From NCBI GenBank assembly GCA_964016885.1, contig OZ024743.1, forward strand, positions 282,472,001 through 282,536,000: a DNA stretch of 64,000 nucleotides, in the 5' to 3' direction. The position numbers and the translations under genes are program-made. Positions 1-11,561 of the stretch are shown piece after piece (positions within the stretch are counted from its first letter, which is position 1; each line of letters starts with the position of its first letter). The notes beneath the pieces were generated by a model. The model worked only from the letters and a program-made list of their open reading frames with translations. It was not told the origin of the DNA and did not search any database. The stretch comes from Eledone cirrhosa (taxonomy: Eukaryota).

Positions 1-78
1 GTGTGTCTGTAGTTTTTGTGTGATTCAACCAACCAACCAACCAACCAATAAACATCTTTCTTTTATATTATATATAGA
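1..78 (-). mobile_element. 5' terminus of a non-autonomous Helitron-like element extending off the window
   Basis: Ends ...cttttatattatatataga|t, the same terminal pattern as 5815-5837 (minus strand A|TCTATATA...); carries (ccaa)n. Confidence 0.45.
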
Positions 79-3000
79 TTTTACTATGTGTGGATAGTAT
101 ACTATTCACTAACAACAAATAGGTATACCAAAAATACAAAACTAATTCAATTACAATGTAGAAGAATCACTTTAGCTATTCCCTAAACACATAGATGGTT
201 ATATTCATTTTTCCATTTATTTTGTGGTACCAAAATCTGCCATATTCTTTGTAACCTGGTTACTGACAATTCCACTGCAGTAGAATTTGATACCATGAAA
301 TAAATAAAAAGTTAATATAATAGCATTTGTTTGTTTGTTTGTTTGTTTCTGTGTGTGTGTGTTTCTTGAAAATATAAAATGGCTCTTCTGGTGAGCATAA
401 GTTGCGCTCATTTTATATACAACATTTATAATGTACTGTATATTTTGAATCAAGGTTGCATGTTGGTTTTTCACATTCTTGTGGGAAATGTTATACTTTT
501 ACAGTAATACAGTTTGGGGGTTATACTTGTTTTGGAGGCATTTAGTAATATAACTTTCTCATTACTAAGTTGGTGTTTGGAACATAACTTATAGAATTAT
601 GATGGAAAGACTTATACACACTTTAAAACAAACAGTTTTGTATTGTAGAACCAGTGGTAGTTTGATAACAAAAAGGTTAATGGAATACCTAAATTAAAAT
701 AATCTCAAATGGTACATTGGAATGACTGTTTTAATTTAGTTTCAAGTATTTCTTGAACCAAGAATATGTCTGTGTGGTCCTGGACAACTAGCTAAGAGGT
801 CAGAAGTTTGTGTCCTGTTACTGACACTGACAGGATATGGCCATGGTCAAGACATTTGCCTATCAAAACCTGTCTCTATGTTGTTACAACTTGCACTTAC
901 TCAGGTTTCATTTTATAGGAGGTTTCTCAAGTTTTTTAATGATAGAGGAACTGATTGTATCATGTTAATATTTTCCCAGTATGAGTCGGTGGGATTTGAA
1001 CTCAGAATGCACAGAACCAGAACAGATACTGCAGGACATCCTGTATTGATACTTTAATACTTCTGTCAAATGGATATTTATTTATCAATCCAGAAAGAAT
1101 GAAAGACCAAGTCAACCTCAGTGGGATTTGAACTCAGAATGCAGACAACTGGAACAAATACTGCGAGGCATTTAATTTGATGTTTTAAAGGCTGACAATT
1201 TTCCACTATGGAAATCCTAAAATAAGTATCACTAGTGATACAGTCAGTTCGCAGATGTAGTCAGTAGTAACAGAACTGTAGTTTGTTAGTTTATACCACT
1301 GAATTCAGTTCTTCCTGTGAGAAAAGTTACTTGCAATAAGACTAGAATCCTATCCAAGGAGAGATCTATCATATTTGTGTAGAGGAACTGGAGTTTAGCA
1401 GACTGACCCTCATTGGTTTAATGCTTCATAAGCTATAGGTTCAGTTGTTATCAGTTGACATTGTATTATGCTCCTAAGTAAAAGAAAAACAAATCTGACT
1501 TCATTTCTCTATCAACTGTTTAATCCATTGTTTGAACTTATATAACCAGACACTTATGTTAGCTGCCTGTTGGTGTATTTTAAAGTAAACTGTGGATCAT
1601 ATTGCCATCAAGCTTATAACAAGTCGTGGTTAGCTCTTAATTTTACCTGTTTGGTTTTCTAGTTGACTTGATTCTATTAACTATTCACACTTTCTTTTAA
1701 TTTGTTGTGTTAGTGTGGATCAGAAGATTCTAAACTGTGTCATAACATTTTAGTGTGTTGCCAATAACCAAGAATTATGTTGTAAAATTAACCCTTTTGT
1801 TATTATATTTCTAATGAGAGAACTACCTATCATTTTCAAATTATTTTGAAAATAATAAAAACTGTGAAGGGATTCAGTAACAAAGCTAATTTGGAGAGAT
1901 TTAACAATATAAACATTATTACCAGATATCTACTAAAAATTGGATATTTAGATTTTAGATGTTCAGGATAGTGAAGGTGCATGGCCTAGTATTTAAGATG
2001 TTGGACTCTCAATCATAAAGTCATGGTTTTAATTCCTGGACCATGTGGTATTCTGTGTTATTGAGCAACACCCTTCAGTTCACGTTACTTTTCATGATGG
2101 TCTGGAACCTCTATCATTAAATCACTTGAGAAACCTCCTAGGATGTCAGCTAAACCAGCATAGGTGTGAGTTGTAAATTTCACTTCACATTAGGAGTATA
2201 ATAAACCTTTTAGTCCATTTATCAAAGATATCAACCAGAAGCTGAGATCCAAAAGAGAAGCTACTGAACTGATATCAACTATATAAACCTAGACCAATAT
2301 TTAAACGTTTGTGTTGAGCTGGTAACAGTATTCTATAGCCTAAATATTCTTATATGAAATAAAAGAAAGGGAGCGAGAGGAGACAAAGTAAGGTACTAAT
2401 AAGAATAAGGTGAAAAACAAAAACAGTTGTAAAGCAGTTAAATGTTTAAGATCTTATTTGTGGTTAGTAAATCCTTGAATATTTTGCACCTCCAATAATT
2501 AGCCACTTTGGTTTCTTGTGGATAATTGTTTAACTGAGCATGTTGTTTTAGGAAGTATAACTTCAGTCACGTGGTCCCAGCACATTAAGGTTATGAGGAT
2601 TTTCCCGCTAAGGGCTGGGGTACTTACATAGACATAAACGTTGAAACTTCTGTTACAGTTCATAAGATTACTGCTACTGACGTGACTCACCGTCGTCGCC
2701 TCTACCACCACCACCACCAGTTATATTTTTATCTAGGCTTACATGTAATGCCTATATTTTTTGTTTTTACTGAATGATTGTCAGATGTTTATTTATAGTT
2801 ACATTCCATCAATATTTTTATTATTTTCAACAATAAATAGCCTTTTTATTTTGTTACTTTAAAATCTTTTTTATCCTTTTTTCCCCCTGGATAATGAGAT
2901 CTTTATTAATTAACACCAAAGAAAAAAAACAAAAACAATTAAATACTATATTTAATGTTGTTCATTACATTTGTAAAAAGATATGAATGACCGCCATTGG

Positions 3001-4051
3001 TTCTGTATTTTATAGCATCTGTTTCTGTAGCTTTCACATCATGTATGTATATAGTGTGAGCCATGAAAGTTATACATATCAAGTTTATCTCTTTCTTTCT
3101 TCCCCCATATCAACATTGTCTATGTTGTAGCAGCTATTAAGCTGTCTTTGTTTTGCTTTTTACTTCAATGGAAATATATTTGATGGTTCTGTCTTTTGCT
3201 TTTATTTACTACTAGCAGAGGTACCCGGCGTTGCTCGGGTATTAAATTGCAGTTGTGTATACCATTTATGTCTATGTGCTGCTTCGAAAACTATACCTTT
3301 ACAAAATCATCGGCTTTTTCCAAAAGGGGGTTCCTGCCCCCAGGGGTCCGCTACTCAATATGTGCCAATTCTGAGAGTTCACATTCATCTGTAGGACAAA
3401 CGTAGCCCATGTGTCAAGTTTTGTGAAAATCGGTTGCGAACTCCAGAAGTTATGACGTTTTGTTGCATTGCCCTGCAGTGCTTCAGTCGACTCCAAGGAG
3501 GCCCTATAATCAATATCTGAAAAAATGAAAGTTACCATGACCATCCGGAGTACATAAGTAACCTATGTCTTAAGTTTGGTGAAAATACTGTAGAAATGCA
3601 TAAGGACACACATACGTGCGTGGGTGTGTATGTATTTGTGTGCGTATGTATATGTCCGTCGGGGCATACGTATGTACTGGCCTAAATCTTCACTATTTAC
3701 TTTTACTATTTTAATAACCTCTGACATTTTCGTTTTCAATTTTATTTACATCATTCTTAAACTCCGGGGATGGAAATCATTCTGTTATTTTAAATAGAAT
3801 ATTAGTCTGATGACTCCATTTATACCATGAACTTGGTCTTGTCTTTGCATGAAATTGTTCTTATCGGTCCACATAACGACGTATTACCTCGCCTTTTTTC
3901 CGTTTGTTTTCCTGTTTTCCTTCGGTTGCAACGTTTCTCGAAATATTTACTTCTGCGTTCACAGATTAAATTTTTTAGTTTCAGAAGATCCCGTTAATGT
4001 TGAAAGCAGTGATTCTTTGCTTAAACTTTAATCTGTTCTTATAACATATAT

Positions 4052-4650
4052 ATCATCATCATAATCATCATCATTTAACGTCCATCTTCCACGCTAGCAT
4101 GGGTTAGACGGGAGTTGTGCCACTTGAGGCAAGGACGGTTGGGTGACCGTGTCTCGCTCGTATAGGACTATCTGGCAGGCTTTCTACGACTGGATGCCCT
4201 TCCTAACACCAACCACATTTACAGTGTGGAACTGGGAACTTTTTTACCGTGTTACCTACACGGCCACATTACAGCGTGGACTGCGAGTAGTTTTTTTTTG
4301 TTTTTTTTTGTCGTGACACCTACACAATCTCGATCTCATTATCTCATTTATTTGGACTGGATGTTGTGGTACCAACTTTACAGAAAGAGGGTGGTGTTGG
4401 TGGGAGTGGGAGAATAGGGTAGGAGTAGTAGATTGGGGTGTATATTTGGTTAAGAGTGCCTACTGACTGTAGGTTTCGCTTTGTACATAGGCAAGGCGGG
4501 TCTTCTGTATTATTGCATAGCGCCAAAGCTCTCGGTCCAGTGACATTGCCTTAGAGAGGTGCAAGTGCGTAAGGCGGAATTTATCAGATCGTCCCAGGTT
4601 TTTCTGGGTCTACCTACTCCGTAACTACCATCAATTTTGATCGCCCTGCA

Positions 4651-4654
<4 letters not shown>
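4052..4654 (-). mobile_element. 5'-truncated RTE LINE 3' end (sister subfamily of the 24.6-kb element), nested in (TA)n inside the Helitron
   Basis: Minus translation CRAIKIDGSYGVGRPRKTWDDLINSAL/(frameshift)HLSKAMSLDRELWRYAIIQKTR parallels CRALEVDGNRGVGRPKNTWDEVIKADL...DRDFWRHAVIQSTR; ends ...ggacgttaaa(tga)n. Confidence 0.85.
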
Positions 4655-4687
<33 letters not shown>

Positions 4688-5047
4688 AGAGGGAGAGAGA
4701 GATGCTTTGTACGGCTTTTGGAGGAGGGAGTGAAGATTTTGTTCAGTATTATTATGAAAAGGTATAGCAGAGAATCCCGCGTGAACTAACAGCTCGGGAG
4801 GAAACTGCTTACCTCGAGGATTCATTTGCCATCCTTCTTGTCAACGCTCCGTTTACTTGGTATTTGTTGGTCTACAATGAATGGCGCACAAAGAGTTAAT
4901 GTTTATTGGCAAGAAGTTTTTTGAATAATAAAAGATGGGTTAAAGCGACCTACAATGTATCTGTGTGATGCCTCTCTGTTTTGTTCCCGTTCCACTTTTC
5001 ACTGTTTATAAATATATATATATACATATATACACAGATACACACAC

Positions 5048-5111
<64 letters not shown>

Positions 5112-5122
5112 ATATATATATA

Positions 5123-5387
5123 TCACCTTGATCACCTTGACCGACCAGTCTGTCAGGCGCCAGTCGGTGCCGCTGGTCACAGCACGTCATGCTGTTTTAG
5201 CCATAAGATAACGCCATCCCACTGGCTGGGCGGGCAAGCCGGTACTCATTTCTACAGCTGAGTAAACTAGAGCAACGTGAAATAAAGTGTCTTGCTCAAG
5301 GAAACAACACATCACCCGGTCCTAGAATTGAACTCGCAACCTTTCGATTGCAAGCCCAATGCTCTAACCACTAAGCCATGCGCCTTC
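5123..5387 (-). mobile_element. tRNA-derived SINE with (caaggtgat)n-ending tail
   Basis: A box tggcttagtgg and B box gagttcaattc; head and centre nearly identical to the SINE at 28988; different 3' half; inserted in a TA microsatellite. Confidence 0.85.
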
Positions 5388-5389
5388 AC

Positions 5390-5449
<60 letters not shown>

Positions 5450-8232
5450 ATATACATATATTTTTATGTGTATATGTGTTTGTATATATATATGTGTATA
5501 TATGTATATATAAGTATATATGTATATATATATATATGTGTGTGTGCGCATGCGCGTACCTGTGTGAATGTAGCGAAGATAATACGTCAGCAATGACGTT
5601 ATGCAGACAGCCAGGCATACGGACAGATATTATAAGAGCGCGACGGAAATGGATAACCGGCGCCTAATACCCTTTAACAACAGAAAATTGAAAAAAAAAA
5701 AAGCGGCAGTTAATATCTTTAGACCGCAAGGAATATATAAATGCAAGTTTGAAGTCAATCGGAGTAGAAATGTGGATTTGTATAGACTTTGCAAAAATGA
5801 GGACACACAGACAACATCAGTTTTATATATATATAGATTATTATCTTTTAATTTTATCTTGATGTAGGAATTGGATAAATAAATTAAGAGTATGGATATT
5901 TTATGGCTGGGTGACTTTCCTAACATTGAGCTTATTTCATTTAAGAACATGACTATTTTCCAGGTAGATTCAGCAATGTACTTGAAGCCATTAAAAAAAA
6001 AAAAATGTCTGAAACAAGGTTTGAATCTGTAACCTAAGGTCCAGTAGTTACTGATAATAATGATTAATGAGAAATTTAATACCTTAGTTTTAAAATTGAT
6101 ACCAGAAGCTATTTTCCTAACTAGAAAATTGATTCTTTAGCTAAGACAAAACTGATATCTGTTAATAGGTATTTATTATTATTATTATTATTTTTATAGC
6201 TTGCTTAAATTTCTCAGAAGAATATTGCACGGAACATCCACCTAATTATATTATCTTCATTGCTCTTTCTCTGATGCTTCCTCAGCCTTCACCTTTTGCA
6301 TATTACTGACATATTAGTAACACGCATATAACATACTTCTTATACACACATAGTAAAAGTATAAATGTCATACAATCTCTTTCTCCCTCTTTTTTGTTTT
6401 TTTATGAAGCTGAAAACTTCTTGCTTCATCAAAACACATTGCTGGTTTCTGATTAACAGGAAATAGGTACCACTCACGTTTCCCCTCTAGAGTCTGTTTT
6501 CTGGAATGAGTGGTGTGTTTTGTTCTTGAGAAAAACATTTCTTCATTTCACACTGCTCCAGTCAACTTGGCTGAAAATGATCACCACCAGCAACTGGTTG
6601 TTAACCCTACTATGGACTGGCGATGTAACTGGGACAACCTCCAGCCTTATAAGCCTCTAGGCTTGGGACAGACAAATTTTTGGAGCATCAAAAAAAAAAA
6701 AAAGTATAATTTAATGTAAAAACCATTAAAATATATTAGAATCAAGGTTGGGTTTAGACAAAGAAAAGGTAAAGAGAATGGAGCCAATTATCAGATTGGA
6801 CCATGGAAACAATGCTTCCATTGGCTTTTCCATTACTGATTACTATCCGCTGGTCTCAGGAGCTATGTGAAATAGTATTTTATTCAAAGAGTCAACATGT
6901 TGCCTGGTCCAAGAATTGAATCCAGCCATGTGGTCATCAGTCTAACACTCTAATGACTAGCCGATGTGCCTTTCTTGGGTTAGGACAAACCTCCACATAT
7001 ATCTGGTTTGGATTTAACCTCTTTGATCCCAAACCACCTTTGATACCAAGAAACAAAACTGTTCATTTCAAATGTTTATATTTATCTAAAAACCTTCTCT
7101 GATAATTTTATGTAAGAACCTTTGTTAAATTATTCTTCAAACACCAGCTCAATAATGAGAAAATTAGTTATTACTAAACCCCTACAAATTCTTGATTATT
7201 TTCAGAGCTAATGGATTTGTGCCATCAATAGTGATAGCAGCAACATTAAATGTATTTAATGTTTGGAGTCTGGGATTGGTATATCATTATCTGAATTACT
7301 GGGTATATAATTATATAAATATTCAGCATATATGAAAAATGGTATACAGCATTAAATGTATGATTAACTTTAGAGAAATAACTATTTTATGGGACAAATG
7401 TAAGGTTAGATGCAGGGCATTGTGATTGGAAAGCAAACTTCTTATTGTAGCAACATGACTGAGGTAGGAAATACATTGTATGTGTGTAAATTTTAAAGAA
7501 TTACAAAAAGATCTATATCTAAATATACAAGCACACATGGCTTATTATTATGTGTTCAAATCCCGCCAAGGTTAACTTTGCCTTTCATTCTTATGGGGTT
7601 GATAAAATAAAGTACCAATAATGCACTAAGATAAATGCTGGCCTTGTGCCCAAAGTAGAAACAATTATTTGAAAATCCTAGACAGTGTCTTTCATTATTA
7701 AATATGGCAACAAAAGAATTAAACTGTTTATATTTATCTAAAAGCCTCTTCTCGTAATTTAATGCAAAACCATTTATATGCTCCAAACATTAGCTTAACG
7801 ATAAAGTTGGTTATTTTACTTGAAATACCTGAAAATCTTGATTTTGTTTTTCAAAAATTATTTGAAAATGCTCTGCAGTCTTTCATTAGAAATAAAGTAA
7901 CAAAAGAGTTTTTAAAAAATGGAACAGATATTTTGTTTTTATTCCTATGCATATATGTTATTCCTTGACTGATGCTGGTAGTTGTGAGTTACTACTGAAG
8001 GCTGTTTCAATTTGGAATGCTTTCATGCATAATAAATACTTTTCACATGACCTTCATTTTTTTCCCGGGTTTTCTTTCTTTTCTTTCTTTTTTATTAATG
8101 TGGTATCAAGTTATAGTATCATGATAAATTCATTCTTTAATGTTTTAGACTTATTGATTTCATAAGATATCCAAATAATTAATAATAATAATCTGTAGCT
8201 TTGAGGAAGTGTAATATATATATATATATATA

Positions 8233-8290
<58 letters not shown>

Positions 8291-8656
8291 TATTATATTT
8301 ATATTTATATATGTGTGTAAAATCAATGAATCAGTGTTTTTGCATACAGCTAACTCGTGGCATACAAATATATAAAGCTTTGGGTTTTTTGAATAGGTTT
8401 ATTAGCTAAAAATGTCTAAAAGCATTTTGATTCAAGTCAAATTCAGTAGAAATAAACAGAAGTGTAAAATTTAAATTTTGTTTATATTTTCTGCAATTTA
8501 AAATACATTCTAACATATTCTAAATTAGTCACAAGTGACAGGTATGTGTTATTGTCTGAGCCAACTTTGGCATTCATATCTTCAGGTTTCATGATATAAA
8601 CTACCAGTCATATATTGGAGAGGCTTACTCCAGTCAACTATTTTCTCTCCCTCCTT

Positions 8657-8908
8657 TAACCCTTTCATTAAATGAAGAACACAGCCTATGGTTTTCAAAT
8701 AATTTTGAAAATAAGAATTTGGAGTGATTTAGTAATATACTTAACATTTTCATTCTTAAGATGGTGTTTGGAACATAATTTAATAAAGAAAGGTTCTTAC
8801 ATAAAACTGTGATGAAGGATTTTAGATAAATATAAACATTTTGAAGTAAATAGTTTGGTATTGTAGAACCAAGGGCAGTTTAAGGCAGTTTTATCCCCAA
8901 AAGGTAAA
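8657..8908 (+). mobile_element. piggyBac-type MITE family A (representative; ~20 full or partial copies, e.g. ~540-680, 1788-1890, 7015-7210, 13820-14000, 20618-20865, 24100-24335, 48030-48285, 55030-55262, 55617-55870, 59404-59590)
   Basis: Family consensus termini TTAA-CCCTTT...AAAGGG-TTAA (right end decayed in this copy); shared ~250-280 bp AT-rich body. Confidence 0.8.
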
Positions 8909-9449
8909 CAAATTCTGACAAATCTTGGTCAAAACCCCCTACCTTAGCTTCAAGTCGAGCAGAGCCTAGTGAGTGAAATTTGAATGACAGAAACTGCATG
9001 CAAGCTTACTGGAGAGACCACTCCTGTTCTTAGGTGGTAAATTTAATCTGTCTTCTGGTTTAACATCCCCACCCGATCCTTGGTGTCTTTAACTGAGTCC
9101 ACTCTGTTGCAACCATTTGTTCCAAGTCTACGGTCTGAGGATACCCTTCTCTCTTCCTTTTTTCAGTCATGGAGATCCTGAAGAATTTCATGAGTACCAC
9201 CTTTCTTCCTCTGACTAAGCCATTAAAAAAATAGAATCAAGGAAACTATTCTAAAGTCTTGTATCCTTAGTAAAGCCATGATCTTAAAACATTAATTAAA
9301 ACATCATCATTAATATCATTAATTATATAAAGGATGATGTAGATGATTTGATGGCCTTTCAGAATATGTACTATATGGGGTGAGTATATTACTTGGCTGA
9401 TTATGGTGCTGAACTACTAAGTTATGTTTTCAATTCACCCTATAGTGTA

Positions 9450-9685
9450 GACTAATGGTTCCTAAACTTTTGACATAAAACTTTTACAATTTTCTAAAAA
9501 TATCAATACTTATATTTTACAAACAGTCACAACTATCTTAATTATAATGGCACATTAAATGACACAGGGATTGTTTTAAAGAAAGAATTTATTCATAAAA
9601 AATAAATAATACATTTTTTATTAAAAGATGCCTTATCTTGCTGGGCCCTATAATTTCTTCACACAATTCACTTTGAGAAACACTG
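9450..9685. mobile_element. Decayed hAT/Charlie-like MITE
   Basis: Termini ctaatggttcctaaacttt / ctttgagaaacactg resemble CAGTGGTTCYCAAA TIRs; similar ends at ~15410 and 62372-62445. TSD not preserved. Confidence 0.4.
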
Positions 9686-11109
9686 ATCTGGGTGATTAAG
9701 CTGCTAGACTACTAAGCTACATGTTTACAATTCACGCTATAATATAAGCATTGGATTGATACTTTAGGATAAGGCATGTTACTTGACATTCTTTGGCTTA
9801 CCTAGCCTTAGAATTACTGTTATTCCTACTCCCTAATTGAGTGGTAGCCATTTGTTAGAGCAATTCATGAAAATAACGAATATTTTTTCCAGACTCATTT
9901 GCAGATCCATCCAACTAATAGTAGCTAAGGAACATGTATTAAATAACTAATGAATAAACACAATGGCATTTAGGATATGATCTGTATATGTTGCAAATAT
10001 TTTTCAGCTTCTAACATATTGTAGAGCTCGTTAAAGCAAAGAAAAAAATGTTTTCTTTCATTATTGCCATTGTCGTTTCTATGTCCGCTTTCTTTGCTCA
10101 ACCAACTCCTTTTCCTCCACATTGTTCTATCTTTTGAATGACTGATGCCTTCCTTATCTTGTATGCAGTACTGTTAAATGATGTGCTAGTCATGTACACA
10201 CAGCTGCAATGGTTATATGTATTGATTTTTATCGTTTCAACAACATTCATCTTTCTGTATTCATTTTGCTATGCTGAGCATACTTGATTGAAACAAGGAT
10301 TTTAACAGCTAGATGTGTTGTTCTATAGCACCATCTACATTGTGTGACTTAGGTATGTATGTTTGTCATGCTATTACCATTAGACAGTCTATCCGTCAAA
10401 ACTCAGCAGTTTTCCTCTGTGTGATAGAGAAGGATAAGAAATGAATTTCGGAATACACTCCTATTATTCTTGTTCATACTGAACGAAGAAAAAAAAATCA
10501 ATACTGTAACAAATACATAAAAGGTAAATGGTATGACAAGTATGTTGATGTTATGCCTAAGACAGCAACTCACTAAATATAAACTGAAGATCAGTACCTT
10601 TTGAGTTGAAGAGGTTTTAAACTGAAGTTGGCTGGCTATAGAGAATCAACATACTTTATCATGCAATATAGAGGTAATTTAAAATAGGTTATGGAAACAT
10701 TTTGCATTGAGGTGTTTGCAATAGAATGGGAAAATGAAAAGCAATATTGCTTTTGTAGCTTCTCATCTGTAGAAGGATATGAAAGTAGACATCTAAGAGA
10801 CAATATTTTCTCATCTGGAGAAGAATATAAAAGTAGACAACTAAGAGAAAATATTATTTGAAAAAAGAACAGAGCAAATTATAAAAGAGATTAATTTAGA
10901 AACAGGTCATACACTAACTATTAATATTATGCAGACTGCCTAAGAGCTATTTGATTTGGTTTTGTTTTTTAATGATCAATGACCAAGTGCTTTTAGTACC
11001 CAGGATAGTTAGTACTTCTCATAGAAATTCCGAGAAAATACCAAAATAGTTCATTTCTTGTTTCTCTAGAGTGTGTTGGCAGTTTTATTCTAGTAATTGA
11101 GCGAATAAA

Positions 11110-11561
11110 GATTTTTATGTAACTATATTTTACTAACAAAAGTTATACAATGATGGAAAATATAAAAAAAAGATAAAAACAAAATTAAGTAATGAAAAAA
11201 AGGGGGAAGTGGTAAAAAGGGGCAGATCTTGTTGTAAAGGAAAGGACTATAAATGCCATAATTGAGAAGAAAAGGAGGGAAAGAACAAGGACTATAGAAA
11301 AAGGGCAAGGAAGAAAGAGAGGGATAAGGGGAGAGGGTGATACACCTAAGTTGGGGCAGTGTTTTGGCTGCCCTCCATGAACAAAATTGCAAAGGCATTT
11401 CTACGGATGAATGCCAGTGACACCTGCTGCAACAGCCATCCCACCTCGTGGGACTCCTTCCTCAGACGGGTTGCTGATGTTCCAATTTTATGGAGGAGCT
11501 CGGCTGTAGGGGGTCCGAGGATGCCTCAGGTCTCAACAGCAACCAGCGTGATTGTATCTTT
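11110..11561 (-). mobile_element. 3' remnant of a CRE-clade-like (restriction-like endonuclease) non-LTR retrotransposon
   Basis: 11561-11346 translates KDTITLVAVET*GILGPPTAELLHKIGTSATRLRKESHEVGWLLQQVSLAFIRRNAFAILF..., matching the recalled CRE C-terminal pattern P.AVET.G..G.....L...G.........E..WL.QR.S.A..RGNA; followed by a pyrimidine-rich 3' UTR. Confidence 0.65.

Larger units (their letters stand above)
3212..5837 (-). mobile_element. Non-autonomous Helitron (~2.6 kb) with nested insertions
   Basis: Minus strand reads A|TCtatatatat... at 5837 and ...cccgAGCAACGCcggg-tacctctgCTAG|T at 3212: 5' TC, subterminal hairpin, 3' CTAG, A^T target, no TSD. Three related 'aagtttggtgaaaatcgg'-like modules (~3415, ~3570, ~5745). 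That both ends belong to one element is inference. Confidence 0.7.

Noticed and set aside
4950-5667. Many YI/CV/HT-rich ORFs (also ~8111, 35693-36070, 40674-41798, 49749, 61950)
   Set aside because: Translations of microsatellites, not genes.
5950-5970. ttttccag|gtagat as a recursive splice site
   Set aside because: Short pyrimidine tract and weak donor; expected by chance in 56 kb.
10760-10855. Degenerate 48-bp tandem duplication (also 17-bp duplications at ~24448 and ~50138)
   Set aside because: Ordinary slippage/repair duplications with no further structure.
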